The notes under the pieces are model-generated. The model made no database searches. It had not been told where the DNA came from and saw only the letters and a list, made by a program, of their open reading frames with translations. From positions 12,958,001 through 13,022,000 of the forward strand of contig CM060731.1 in NCBI GenBank assembly GCA_030704615.1: 64,000 nt of DNA. The letters run 5' to 3'. Below, piece by piece: positions 1-13,362 of this stretch (positions are counted from its first letter, which is position 1; the number at the start of each line of letters is the position of its first letter). This DNA is from Takakia lepidozioides. Taxonomy: Eukaryota; Plantae; Bryophyta. The position numbers and the translations under genes are program-made.

Positions 1-2130
1 GAGAAAAAAAAAACCACGTGCTTCAAATGCGGCAAGAATAGGCATTTGCAGGAAGCGTGAGTGCCCCAATGAAGGATGGCAATACAAAGGAAGAGAAGCA
101 GGGAGGTTCATCGTACAAAGCTTGGATGGTGGACCACCTTGCTTCTTGGAGCCTGAAAGACAGAGATGCCTGCTTCACCAATTCCAAAGCCACCACTCTT
201 CTGACGGATCACCGTGAATGGTTTAAGACCTTCAAAGACATTTGAAGGCATGAGGAGACTGTAGAGGATATTGACGGCATCGAATATCTACTAGCGGACA
301 TTGGCAACATTGCTATTCGGATCAAGGCTGACAACATATGATATGACAACTTGAGCTTGCAAATGTCTTGTGGTCTTGGGAGGAATCTTTTTTCGAACAA
401 CCAAGATGAACATCGCCAAGAAACTGTGGTGATTCCTGCATTCATGATTCCTGATTTGTGTGTAACTTTGTATCTCCAATAAAGAAACGGTTTATCCATA
501 TTGCAGATCATAGTTGAAGTGGAAGAAATCGAAATATTTTTTCAGGTCCAAGGAATATTCAAGCAAGTTCTCTATAACGTTCTAGAATTACACAAGAATT
601 TATTCTCTTTTGGGCAAGCTACAGACATATGCATTGACACAATCTACAACAGTGGAGATTGTCGAATGCTTAACAATGAAATGGAAATTGTTATGCAAAG
701 AATTCAAATGGAGAAATTGTTTTAGCTCATAGTTGAGGTAATTCTTAAGCAAACATTACTAGCAGTGGAAATGCGGAGGCTTCAGATAAAACGAGACAAC
801 CCAATTTAGAGTCGACTACGAAAACAAGAAACGACCTTCAACTTTGAGCTAGCCAACATCAATGTTTATCATTATTAGGGATAGACATGGGAACCCGGAA
901 ATGTTTCTGCCAATGTGTTGGTTGTTGAATCTGAATCTTGGGCGAATCTGGGTCCTTAAGAAAGACATGTCATTGTGTCCAGATCAATCTGAGATCACCC
1001 ACATTGCAGTGCAACATGTCATCCACCTATGTCCACTAGAGTCTGATTTGGATAGATATTTGTCGTGAAGCAACATGCATTTGAGGTGGTTGGTTGGTTC
1101 CCTTGGTATGTCAATGGATTACAATAAACATGGGGTAATTGCATATTTTGTGAATCAAATAGAAAAGATATTTGGAAAGAATTGGAGTGAGAAGAGAAGA
1201 ACGTCAAAGATAAAAATGCAGATATCTTTCATGCCAAAGGTTGGACATCATGAATGTAATTACACTATATCTATGAAGTCAATGATGAGTTAACAACGAA
1301 CATGGCTACAAAAATTTCTTTGATGAAGAGAAAGCGGAAACAAGATGGTGATTTGGAATAATATGGATACCCTCCCTAACAAACTCTTAGATTCGCTACA
1401 TCTTTTGCAAGACCTTTATTATGCCTATGTTGAAAACATGGTTGACTGTTCGTGACCATTTTATATCATCACCTAGAAGTATACCAAATCTGTCAATAAT
1501 AAAAAGAAACAACATGAGTTATCTCATCCTTAAAACTCTGTCTATAATCATGTTCTCTCGTTCAAAAGTCCCATCGTCTTATATAATTCACTTCCACATG
1601 AAGAAATTAAGGTTGTTAGTAAGACTAGCTTTGGAGTCCGTCAAATATGTTCATTTATTTATCTTCTAATACATGGCCCAAGGTATTATCACCAGAAACA
1701 CCTAAAGAATTTTTTCACCTAAACGTTTGCAAGTCAATGAGTTCAAATTCCACTAAAGGTGCATACCACGTTTTGTTCAAAGACAATCACAAATAGCTTT
1801 ATGATTGTGTTTTTCGTAAAGACAAGTCTTTGTTTTCAATTGTTTCAAGAATCTTGAAGCCCAAGTGCTCAATGAAAATGGGACTAAGATCAAGGGAATA
1901 AGAATTGATGGAGGTGGAGAACATAAACGTAGAGAATTCTGTGGATATCTCCAAGAGAAGGGAGTTGCGTATGAAACCGCGGCCCCCTACACACTTGAAC
2001 AGAATGATGTGGTAGAGAGAGAGAATTGAATGATTATCTAGAGTGCACGTGCATAGAATCATTCACAAAATCTTCCAATTGGATTATGGATAGAAGCTAT
2101 GAACACGGCAGTGCATGTTCTAAACGAGTG
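1..2130 (+). mobile_element. Degenerate Ty1/Copia LTR-retrotransposon gag-pol remnant (zinc knuckle, protease, pre-integrase, integrase core); ~870-1730 is unassigned intervening sequence
   Basis: TCFKCGKNRH knuckle at the window start; ATTLLTDHREWFKTF (protease-like); VLYNVLELHKNLFSFGQ; KIKGIRIDGGGE...AAPYTLEQNDVVEREN...LPIGLWIEAMNTAVHVLN (integrase, ~1880-2125). Multiple stops and frameshifts. Confidence 0.85.
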
Positions 2131-2559
2131 AGAAACATTTGTTTGTTGATTACAATGAAGAAGTTCATATAATCAGTTAAAGTATACCGATAAATAGAAA
2201 TGGAAATGGTGATTACACATCCAAATTTCATATATCTTCAGAGTTAAATATTAGAATGGCCCATTTAAATTATTGAAATATGCCATTTGAAAAGTTGTAA
2301 GATTTAGCTCTTGTTGGATAAGTTCAAATAATCAAGTGAGGTATGACAATGAATAGAATGGAAATGGTGATCACAAAAGAATGTGATTACAGATCTTAGT
2401 TCCATATCTTTAGAGTTGAATATTGGAATGGCCAATTTGAATTATTAAAATAATCAGTGCACATTTCAACTATTGATAGTGCCACACATTGACAAATCCT
2501 AATTCCATATATCTTCACAGTTCACTTGTCTTCAGCAGATAGAAGAAGTCAGTGATTCA

Positions 2560-3070
2560 ATGTACTATAAAGATGGAGTAGGTGGAGCTATTCCAATGTC
2601 TACTAATCTTGTTTTCTCATGTTCAATTCGTATTCACCGCAAATTTGTCATGCATTTCTCCACATAGGTAAATGAGGTTGATCACGCAATGCTCCTTCCA
2701 ATTTGGCCCCTTCTCTACACCTTCATGCTTTGATGAAGAATCTTTGTCCAAATTAATAGATTTTTGCTCAGTCTTCCCTTTTTTCTTGGTGCTATGACAT
2801 TGGATTTTTTTGAAGTGGCCCATGTTCTTTTCTTTGTGATAATGACATGTGCATTTGATGGTAATTCAAATGTGACTTCTCGTCACATCTTGTCGCGGTT
2901 GACACAATTTCTGGCCTCCTAAATGCGGGAAGCTTGGTCGAGTAATTGAGATACACACTTGTGCCAATGAAGCTAGATTGCCAAGATGCTATTTCATGAG
3001 GGATTTGGCTATAGTGAAGGTCACGCGGGCCTTGGAGAGAGGTCTTCGTGGCTGATGGCTTCACACTACA
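2560..3070 (-). mobile_element. Possible second, highly decayed retroelement gag fragment
   Basis: CHYHKEKNMGHFKKIQC knuckle-like motif followed by LVDIG (protease-like). Weak similarity. Confidence 0.3.
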
Positions 3071-3200
3071 AAAGAGCTGTAGAGCAAGGTAGAAGGAAAC
3101 CAGTAGCTACAAGAAGGAGGTAAAGAGAGCCGTCGAGAAGCCTTGAACTTAGGTTTTGTATACTAGAGGTGATTTGGGGTCCGCTACTACCATGGCCGAA

Positions 3201-3348
3201 ATCTTATGTTCTTTGTCCACTGAGATGGCAAATAAAAAGCGATGACAGGACAAGTTAGGGTGCCGGACAAAGCCATCTTTTGTTCTTTGTCCACTGAGAT
3301 GGAAAATATAAAGCGATGACAGGACAAGTTAGGGTGTCGGACAAAGCC
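3201..3348. repeat. Tandem duplication, 2 x ~74 bp
   Basis: atctt(a/t)tgttctttgtccactgagatgg...gcgatgacaggacaagttagggtg(c/t)cggacaaagcc occurs twice, head to tail. Confidence 0.9.
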
Positions 3349-4264
3349 ACGTCTGAATGCGTGTAGCGAATAAGACCCAATTTTCAACCAATCACAGAGC
3401 TTATTTATTTGTCCAGTTGCTATCTGGAACCGTCAATGTTTGTTTCATCTCTTATACGTTTGTTGATCTTGAAAACATCATAATTGGAGTATAAAACTTC
3501 AGAACTAGAGGGAGCAAAGTACACTAGAGCCGTAATTTTACGTAGAAAAATAGGGGATGATGTGCAATCCCAACCTAAATGCATATACAAACAGTCTTAG
3601 TAGCTTGTTTTCGTACATTTCTCAAATTATAGTTGTCTCACAACTTATAGCTGGTTCACCTCTTTGTAGTTAGGAACTACCCTGAAACTCTACCATCTGT
3701 GTAATTATTCAAACTTCTTCGCGATACATTCTTTTGTGCTCCTCATGACTGAGAAGCCCATCCTTTTAATCTTGGTAGGTTTAGGGTTGTGGCTTCAGAG
3801 CCTATCCCCCTAATGTTCCATCACAAGGAGATGTGAAATTAATGGAGGTAGGCTTTGAAGATAGCTGACCTATTGCGGAGCCCATCAGTCCTGCGACCTT
3901 CAACTTCAAATATACTCGTAAATATCCTGCCCCAGTCATTCATTTCTTACAGAAGATATACCACACCTAGAGCGGCAGTTGGCACTAGTTAGGGCTATTA
4001 CACATGTGGGATATACCAACGGTTTCTGAGTGATGTCTATATATGAACACGTCATAGACTCCAGTAAATACGCTGTACATGACAGCCGTTGATGTGTGAT
4101 TGCTAGTAATGCAAACTAGTACAGAATTTAGAGAGAATTATGACATTAATGAGGAGGTGGTCTTCTTTGATCAAGACTTTATAAGCTCTCTCTCTCTCTT
4201 TTATTAGGTTTTTAATTTATTGTCTACTTCTTGTCACTTAGGGTTAGAAAAAATAACTATTAGA

Positions 4265-5452
4265 TAAAGATAAAGATAAAGTTTCTTTAACGTCCAGTGA
4301 ATTAGAGAGAGTTAACATTTTACAAATAGGGAGGGTGATGTAACTTAGTAAAAACTACCATATTCACAAATAACATATTGAGAGCGAATCGGAAGCACAC
4401 ATTTGTCTCAAAAAAATAAAAATAGAACGGACAGCAAACCGCTCACAAATCAGTAATTAAGTAGAGGAGAAAATGACCTCTTTCATAGAAACCTTGCCAT
4501 GAAGTGCCAATCACAAGCTCAAGGGACAGCGCCCAACGGAAGAGGGAAAGATTACCGCACCCGCACAACAATGACCTGGGTGCTCTATCCAAAGAATGAT
4601 CTTGCCAAACCAAGCGAAACTTATGATGTCGGTGATTCCGAAGGATGGGAACACATTTACGGTATATTGAGGTTGACCTGGGAAAATATAGAGGAATGTT
4701 TTATTATGCAGTGTGAAATATGTACCCCAATCCTTTCAAATGTAAAATTAGCCAACTTAGCCATCTTATGAAGTAAATCGCCAGGGTACTACTCCCTGTT
4801 CTTAATTATTTAAAAATAAAAATAAAAAACCAACCCACTAAACGTGTAAATGATAGTGGCGCCTGCATGCGGGGCCTACTGAAAATATTGTGAGAATATA
4901 AGTTAGGTCTGTTGACTGCCTCTGATCTGCATACTGATCCTATCAATTTCAGCTAATTTGGTGACCAATTTGAAACATTCAAAGATTGTCACTGTAAAAA
5001 AGATTGAATATTGAACAAAGCAGCCCATTGAAACAAGTGTGGCTAGCCTTCATGTAAGCAAATGTATTAGTGTAGAGGGTCCAAACTTAGTGAGAGTGAG
5101 TCAATGGGTCACAACGGAGGTGGGATTAGGGTTTGCTTTTGGTAGTTAGTGTACAAGCGTCAAGTGGGAGTAGGAATTTCTGAAGTGACACGTGTGGGAG
5201 GCGACCTGAGAGGGTGTATAAAGTATAAAGGAGGGGAGGGCTCTGCAGCCCTCTCCTTCCCAGCTACTTACTACTGTTACTTAGTGGGGCCCAAAAAAAC
5301 TCGAAAATGACAGGGACCATAACTATCTTAATTAATAGGAAACCACCTTGTCTGAATAAGAAGGTAAATTTGTATGTACAATCAGGGTTATGTAACATTT
5401 ACCCAAGAGCACGGGAGTAGCAGTTTCCATACAGTTACCACATTGCCTTTGT
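4265..5452. repeat. Old dispersed duplication, copy 1 (copy 2 at ~56610-57745)
   Basis: Collinear shared blocks: ataaagtttctttaacgtccagtgaatt; gagttaacatt...tagggagggtga; aaaaagattgaat...gcccattgaaacaagtgtgg; ggagtagca...cacattgcctttg. Confidence 0.75.
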
Positions 5453-6477
5453 AAAATCTCAGGGAATAGGTGGGGCGGGGGGGAAACTAATATCAAGGGC
5501 TAACACTCAATACTTACAGAGGCAAGTACTATACAAGGTTCACAGTATTTGGCTTACGAGATTGTAGTCATATGCAGAGTCGTGAAAGCCTAGGTGTTCT
5601 TGGCGTGGAATGGTAGATTGGGGAGGGGGCACTGAGTGTTGCGTCCTGAGTGTTCGATCGGGGTTTTAGAGGTGAACAAGCCGAGTAGCTACTTCATATT
5701 TTATGATCATAGAAGTTGCCTTGCATTTCAGGGACATTGGGTTGGTGGACAGTCCTGCTGTGGACAATCTAATGGGATGGGCATGTAAAGCTGCAGTTTG
5801 CGATTGTTTCTACAGATGCTCAGAATCTCATTAGGAACGGGTCATGAATTGACTGATTTACAAGCTCAGCAGTATGTACATCCTTCATACGTCGCAACCT
5901 CGAGCTGTGTAGTAGAAGCTCTCACAGCCTAGGCAGGTTTCATATCTTGCAGCATGACATTGTAACAGAGGGCAAACCAGCGAAACAATACGCTTCTGTA
6001 CAGAGATCAAATCAGTGAGGGAGAGAGCAGTTGTACAGTAGAAGTTAATAAAGATGCGTGGCACAGAGGTGATCAGACCGTAAGTCTTTCCCTAGGCCAG
6101 TCCACCCTTCGCCAAACATTCATGGATCTTAGCATCAGCTTTTTCAAATGACAAGTGCCGCCAACTTCCCGAAGCTTAGAACTGACCGCTTTCACCTATA
6201 GACAACATGTCATTCGGTCTTCGCCATGCAACTGCCAGCTTTCAAACTTTCCGGGGAGACTAATATTGGGTTGTTGTTATCGGAAACCATGCGCGCACGT
6301 TCCACAGGCAATGAAAATTTTGGGAGAGGAAAGAGTATTTACTGAGCGAGGGTCAGGAAGATGGTGAAAACTGGTTCAGGCGTTAATCGAGATTGACATG
6401 TAAGAATCCCAGATCACTGGTATACACTATACACTCATTTAAAGGTAATTCACTAGTGCACATGCAACTGTTGTATT

Positions 6478-8242
6478 TTAGTACAAATGGAGGGGCAGAC
6501 GAGGATTCGCCACCACCTTCAGCCTCGTAGCCATAGGCATCGTCATACCCTTTCCCTCTGTCATATCTATATCACTGCTACCAGCAGGCAGAGACCAGTC
6601 AAAAGCCTGTAGCAATCGTGAGAGAGATACCATGACGAAGCACTGCCCCAGTGAGGAACCAGGGCACCCTCGCCTGCCCGCACCGAATGGCAAAACTCGA
6701 AACTCTGCTGGGTCTCTCAAATCCACACTTTTGCTGCCATCGATCCACCTCTCTGGTCGAAATTCCTCGGGCCTCTCAAAGACTGCTGGGTTTCGACCCA
6801 AGCCAAACACATTGATCAAGACAGTAGTGTGCTTGGGTATATCGTAGCCAGCGATCTTGCAGGCCTCCATTGACATGCGGGGAAGCAAGAAAGAACCAGC
6901 TGGATGCAGGCGGAAAGTCTCTTTCAGCACTGCCTTGAGATACTGGAACTGATGTATATCGGATTCGTCAACTACGCGCTCCCGCCCACAACAGTGATCA
7001 ATTTCGTCTTGCACTTTACGCTGCACTTCTGGATGTCTCACAAGCTCCGCCAGCGCCCACTCCATAGTCACCGACGAGGTGTCGCTGGCTGCAGCAATCA
7101 TGTCCTGTAGGAATTACAAGAATGAAACGTTAACAAGCTTTGCATCTACCACACAGACGCAAAATGTATGATATGACTAGTACCTATCTTAGGGAAGAAG
7201 TCATGCTTTGCCAAATTCAATATTCCCGCAAACAGTATCTTCCAAGTTGCAGTAGTTCCGATTGGCTATCCTCGTGAATTGCACGTGAAGGAGTGATGGT
7301 TCATACGAAAAGCAAAGCCTCAGTTGTAGCGTCGCTTAAGTGCGGCTCTCCATTCTCCCCAGGCAGGGACAAGAGCACGTCCACGAAGTCATGACATTCA
7401 GCAGTCTCCTTCCTACCCTTCTGGCGGTGGTCTCGAATGACCACGCTCATCGTCGCCTTCATCTTCTTTTGTAACCGTTTCATTTGTCGCACATAGCCTT
7501 GGCAGTCCAAGGCTCGTAACAAGGGAACGTAGTCGCCTATATTAAATACGCCCAGAAGAAAAAACGCTTCATGCAGTATGTCTATGAATACTGCGGATAT
7601 CTCGGATGCCGCTGAGCCCCCGAAGTACCTCGTGCCAAACAGCATCCGTGATATAACATTCGTTACAAAGCTTTCAATTTTCTCCCGCATATGTATTGCA
7701 TGCCCTTGCTTGCAAGCCTGGAAGACCGTCCGGACCATGTCTTGAGCTTCTTCAGTCCTCTCTTTCCGGTAGAGCTCAATACGGTTGGGTGCGAGCAACT
7801 CCTGGACACATAGTTTTCGCATGTCACGCCAGTGGGCGCCATATGGGCTCATAGCTAAGCCCGCACCATTGCCGGCAACGTACTCACATTGTGCCAGTTT
7901 TGGCCTTGAACAGAATACATGGTCTTGATCTTTGAGAAACTCTCTAGCTATTTCAGGACAACTAGTAACAACTGTGGGCACAGAACCAAGACGAAGGTAT
8001 ACGAGAGGTCCATATTCTTTGGTGAACTCCAACATGCGTCGATGGGGGTACTCACCTATCTGAAGTAAGTTCCCCAGTACAGGCCATGGTCGAGGCCCCG
8101 GGGGAAGCTTGAGCTGGCCTCTCCTTAAGAAACTACGACGCAAAAACACCACCACCACTAAAGTCGCTAGCACTGACTGCAGAGGTGCGACCCACTCCCT
8201 CGAAACGCTGAGTCCTGCAAACTGAAAGAGAGAAAAACCCAT
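6478..8242 (-). CDS. CYP703-like: Cytochrome P450, CYP71 clan, CYP703-like (copy 1); exons 8242-7307 and 7104-6478, 520 aa
   Basis: N-terminal anchor and LPPGPRPWP hinge; DFVDVLLSLPGENG and DMIAAASDTS match CYP703 signatures; ETFR, PERW, FGAGRRGCPG heme motif; PRLPLHLY end; single phase-0 GT-AG intron at the conserved A-type position. Confidence 0.92.
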
Positions 8243-9062
8243 ATCCAGATTGCACCACCCTTCTCAGGATAGTGAGGACAGAGAGAAATGAAATGAAATG
8301 ATATGAAATGGTACTTTATAACGTTGAGAGCTCTAGAGAGAGCGAGCATGAACCAAGTACGAGGAAGGACCCGTCCACAATCAGCCCAGAGAATGAAACT
8401 ATATAGAGTCAGGGGAGAGTGTGTAACAGGTGTAAGGCACAGATGTACACAAGTGACAACATGTTTTGATTTGTTTTCTAAAAGTTTCAAATTTTGGAAT
8501 ATATAAATACCAAGATACCACTAAACTCAGAACTGTCTATCAATAAGCCTAATATAGCCTTCTATTTTGTTTTACTGATTATTAAATGAAAAGGGGACTC
8601 AACTTAGGAGGAGCCTCTCCTGTTGTCGGGGGTGTTGAAGCACAGGGACTTTAGCATTATAAAGAGAACTGCAGGCAACCTTACTAGAGCAACCCACACC
8701 GCTTCCTCTTTCATTCACATCAATGTAAGTACTGAAATCCACAGCCAAGAAATACACGAAGAAAGGCCCCCTGCAACCCTACTACAGTGGCAGATTTGAT
8801 CTCCGACAGGTTTTGGGAGAGGCGGCAAGTTGCCAGGAGACTATGTACAGTATACAAGGTGGTGACTGGTGACGCAGAGGCTGCCTACTATGTACTAATC
8901 AATGCCATACTTTACTTTGCTGCGCTAATGAATGTCATACTTTACTTTACTAATGAATGTCAGGGACCATGAATGAATAAGCCCAAAGTAGTATCTCTAT
9001 ATCCAACTCAGCATCTGACTCAGCGGAAAAAAAAGGTACTTTTAAATCATTATATGTATATA

Positions 9063-9222
9063 CCAGTGTTGGGCTGGTTTATAGGTGAGGGACTGGTATA
9101 TATAATGGTATTTTCACTGGTATTAGATACCAGACCTAGTCTGGTCTCATTTGGGAGAATACTTGGTCATATACCAGACCAGGCTGGTATCAGTTTTTCC
9201 ATACCAGCCGCAATACCAGTAC
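9063..9222. mobile_element. Possible hAT-like terminal/subterminal fragment (similar motif cluster at ~63770-64000)
   Basis: Begins cagtgttgg, followed by dense taccag/ctggta motifs in both orientations. Confidence 0.3.
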
Positions 9223-9319
9223 TCCCCCATCTTCCTCATTAACTCTTGTATGTGTGCTTCTTTATGTGTATTTTATTTGTTTTCACTTTATACTTGCTAT
9301 TTGATAAACTTGTACTTCA

Positions 9320-10085
9320 TTGTGACTGCGTATCATTTATGACTGTCATAATATTCCCATAGCTGGACATCGGGGTTTTCAGAGAACCTACGTGGCTGTT
9401 AGAAAACAATAGTTCTGGCCAAGAATGAAGAGACAGATCAAAGAGTATGTGGATAGATGTTTTCCATGTCAAGTCTCAAAATCAGAAAGGATACGTCCTC
9501 TTGGATTAGTACAACCACTAAGTGTTCCCAGTGGAAACTGGAATCGATAAGTATGGATTTTATAGTGGCACTGCCACAGACCATAAATGGACATAATAGC
9601 ATCATGGTGGTTGTTGATAGACTGTCCAAGACAACACACTTGATTCCCACAAAAATGACAGCCACACTGCCCCTGAGGTGGTTACCTCGTGAGATCCGAA
9701 AGATTTCTTTCATGAACAGTGAAGCCACCTCAGGGGCAGTGACTGTCATTTTGGTGGGAATCAAGTGTGTTGTCTTGGACAGTCTATCAGCAACCACCAC
9801 GATGCTATTATTTCCATTTCTGGTCCGTGGCAGTGCCACTATAAAATCCATACTTATCGATTCCCAGTTTCCACTGGGAACACTTAGTGGTTGTAATAAT
9901 CCAGGAGGACGTATCCTTTCTGATTTTGAGACTTGACATGGAAAACATCTATCCACATACTCTTTGATCTGTCTCTTCATTCCTAGCCAGAAATATTGTT
10001 TTCTAACGGCCACATAGGTTCTCTGAAAACCCTGATGTCCAGCTATGGGAATATTATGACAGTCATAAATGATACGCAGTCGCAA
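9320..10085. repeat. Long inverted repeat (fold-back) of retrotransposon integrase sequence; arms ~9320-9682 and ~9722-10085
   Basis: gactgcgtatcatttatgactgtcataatattcccatagctggacatc (9324) is the reverse complement of the block ending at 10081; similarity continues to the centre. Confidence 0.92.
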
Positions 10086-11450
10086 ATCCTGTAAAGAGGG
10101 AATGCACATACGCATGTGATAATATAATATCCCATCACGCAACAAGTATGGACGGTACTTGTCAATCTCATCAGCGGTCTGACGGTCATGCAAGAGGCTT
10201 TGATATGGTGCTTTGAAAAACACATCATCAGCATAATGATTCTTCACATCATCAATCATAGAGCTTTTCACAAATGACACCGCATTGACCATCGGCCTTC
10301 TAGAGAGTGCATCTGCCAGTACATTCTCTTTTCCCTTCACATACCGCAGATCATAATGAAACTGCTGAAGGAATTTAACCCATCGAATATGAGGACGACT
10401 CAAATTGGGTTGTGTACTGAGATATTTTAAACTCTCATGATCCGTTTCAATTGTAAAGTCCACAGGAAGCAAGTAGTGCCTCCATATCTTCAGTGCGTGA
10501 ATCATAGCCAAAAGTTCTTTTTCATGAACAGGATAATTCTGTTCAGCTGGACTGAGCTTTCTGGACTCATAGGCAATAACCTGACCACTTTGCATCAATA
10601 CTGCTCCAATAGCGAGGTCACTCGCATCAGTGCAAAGCACTATCTCATTCCTGGTAGGATCAATTAGCTTCAAGACTGGAGCATGAGTCAATGCAAACTT
10701 TAGCTTGTCAAAGCTAACAACACAATCTGGAGTCCAAGCTTCATTCCAATCTTTAGAAGTAAAGTTCTTTAGTAGATCAGTCATCGGGGCTACAATGCGA
10801 GAGAATGATTTGACAAAGTTTTGCATAAAGCTAGCAAACCCAACAAAGTTTCTGACTTCTGTTTTATCTTTGGGTTTGGGCCATTTGGCCACAGCCTGAA
10901 TCTTCTTTGAATCAATGGACACTCCATCCTTTGAGATATGAAATCCCAAATAGTCCAACATGATCTACAAAGAACTCACATTTACTCTTCTTTGCAAACA
11001 GATGATTCTGCCTTAAGATATCCAAGACCATTCTCAGATGTTGTTCATGCTCTTCTTCTGTTTTAGAAAATACAAGGATGTCATCCATGAAGACAAGAAC
11101 CATCTTGCCAAGGTATTTTCGAAACAGAGAGTTCATCAAGTGCATGAACGTAGCCGGAGCATTGGTAAGTCCAAATGACATTACCGTATATTCATAATGG
11201 CCAAAGCGTGATCGGAATCCAGTCTTAGGAATATCTGTATCCTTAATTCGTATCTGGTGGTAACCTGATCGGAGATCAAGTTTGGAAAAGACCTTACTCG
11301 CATATAGGTGATCAAAGATATCATCAATGCGTGGAAGTGGATAATTTATTCTTGATTGTCATTTTGTTCATCCACCTATAGTCCACACACAGCCCTAATC
11401 CACCATCTTTTTTCTTTCTGAACATGACTGGAGCGCCCCAATGGGATTTT
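9693..11450 (-). mobile_element. Ty3/Gypsy pol remnant: RT - RNase H - integrase N-terminal part (frameshifted)
   Basis: [19 protein letters not shown]; [12 protein letters not shown]; [10 protein letters not shown]; LCTDASDLAIGAVL; YESRKLSPAEQNYPVHEKELLA; GHQGFQRT..CFPCQ; WESISMDFI. Confidence 0.93.
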
Positions 11451-11468
11451 CGTGAACATCTTGTTAAG

Positions 11469-11481
11469 TGGTATCAGAGCC
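11469..11481 (+). promoter_or_regulatory. Retrotransposon primer-binding site (initiator tRNA-Met type), oriented opposite to the adjacent pol and LTR
   Basis: Exact tggtatcagagcc motif. Confidence 0.7.
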
Positions 11482-11901
11482 TGTGTACGATAAGGTCAAA
11501 AAAAGGTGAACCATAGTCCTTGTCCTATAAAAGCCAGTGACTATTTCTAGATTAACCAACTCTAATATGCACAACACCAGTATCACATCCAGTCCACCCA
11601 GCCACCACGCCGTGCCTATCTCCTATATCAGTTCTATCATATCATAGTGTCCTCCAGCCACCATCCTCAATCCTCTTCTCCTCGCTTCGTGTCTGCTAGA
11701 ACCGCCGCTCTTTCTTCGTGTACAGGTGACCTTCACCACCTGTTGACCTCCTTGGCAGGTGATCAGTACTCAAAGTTGGCAGTTGTCTCTCCAAACCTTC
11801 ACGTGACACTGCTACAGCTTCCCCCCACCTGTCATTCACACCACCCCATGGCCTTTTCCACCCACAAGTCATCCAGACTTGTTGCCTAGAGGGCCATAAC
11901 A
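11482..11901 (-). mobile_element. LTR (~420 bp, TG...CA) preceded by a polypurine tract
   Basis: On the minus strand the integrase stop is followed by agtgggggagtt (PPT), then tgttatggccc...cgtacaca. Confidence 0.7.
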
Positions 11902-11911
11902 AACTCCCCCA

Positions 11912-12950
11912 CTAAAATTCATCATTGTCCGCAATGATAGTGAAATGGGGAAAATCCAATTTCAGATCACTTTCTTTTTCCCAAGTAGCTTCAGATTCTG
12001 GATAGTGATACCACTTGACAAGATGTTCACGATATGAACGATTTCGAAGGTGTTTCGTTCTTGTCTCCAGAATAGATTCAGGTTCAGCCAATAACTGACC
12101 TTCATTCATAACTTTGGGTAGTTCGGGTAGAATATGACTGGGGTCAGCCACATATTTCCTTAGGAGGCTGACATGAAAGACGTCATGGATTTTCCAATTA
12201 GCGGGCAGATCTAGCTGGTATGCCACAGATCCATAACGCTTTAAGATCACAAAAGGTCCACTGAATTTTGGGGACAGTTTAGGACACTTGCCCAATTTTA
12301 ACTGGCTTCTTTTGGAAACAACTTTCAAGAAGACCTTGTCGCCTACCTCAAATTCACGGAAGCTTCTGCGCTTGTCAGCATAGAACTTGGCTCTTTCTTG
12401 AGCACTTCTCATGCTTCTCTTTACCAAATCCAACACCGAGTGCATTTCACGGACCATGTCATTGACAGACTAGACCTTGGACAATGGCGTGGAAAGAGAA
12501 GCTGGGGTTAGACAATCGCGTCCATAGAGTGCTTGAAACGGGTTCATCCCGATGGCACTATGGAAATTCTTGTTATAGGCGAACTCTATCAAATACAAGT
12601 ACTGCTCCCAGGAAGTCTGTCTCTGACCAACATACATTCTCAGCATATCCTCGATGGTTCGGTTGGTCCGTTCTGTTTGGGCATCTGTTTCAGGATGATA
12701 TGCAGTAAGTCTCAACTTGGTTCCCAAAAGTTTAAACAAAGCAGTCCAAAAATGACTTGTGAACTTCGTGTCCCTGTCACAAATGATCTCACGAGGTATC
12801 CCGTGGATCCGAAAGATTTCTTTCATGAACAGTGAAGCCACCTCAGGGGCAATGACTGTCATTTTTGTGGGAATCAAGTGTGCTATCTTGGACAGTCTAT
12901 CATCAACCACCATGATGCTATTATGTCCATTTCTGGTATTGTGGTCGTGA
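11912..12950 (-). mobile_element. Ty3/Gypsy chromovirus integrase core plus C-terminal chromodomain
   Basis: HGIPREIICDRDTKFTSHFW; AYHPETDAQTERTN; KLSPKFSGPF; IHDVFHVSLLRKY; EHLVKWYHYPESEATWE (chromodomain). Confidence 0.93.
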
Positions 12951-13362
12951 CACTCATACTCATACCATTATCTAGCAAAAAAATACATCCACCATTATAT
13001 AGACCACTCTATTGGACATATAGTCTGTCATGAGGAGTGCACTTTACATCCGGACTATCTATTTTACATCCACATATGTCACATCGCATCCAAAAAAATG
13101 TGGCGCCCTCCGCTCTCAAATATAGTGCTCATCCTCCTAAGCAGTTTAGGGCTTAGAGCCACGTCACCCAAAGAGCTTTCATGACGACTAGGAGAAATAG
13201 TGGAGAAGTACGTTACATCTGGCTGAGTACATTACACCCAAAAATAACGTGCTTTCCCCCAATATAGTGTATTCCCCTATAATTTTCGTTTCTTTACAAC
13301 GGGTAAAGACCTCCTCGGATTGGTGAAGTAAATGATTCGGAGATGTGTATTGAAAGTTTGTA

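Noticed and set aside
870-1730. Possible LINE or transposase fragment interrupting the Copia remnant
   Set aside because: No convincing motif in the frames examined.
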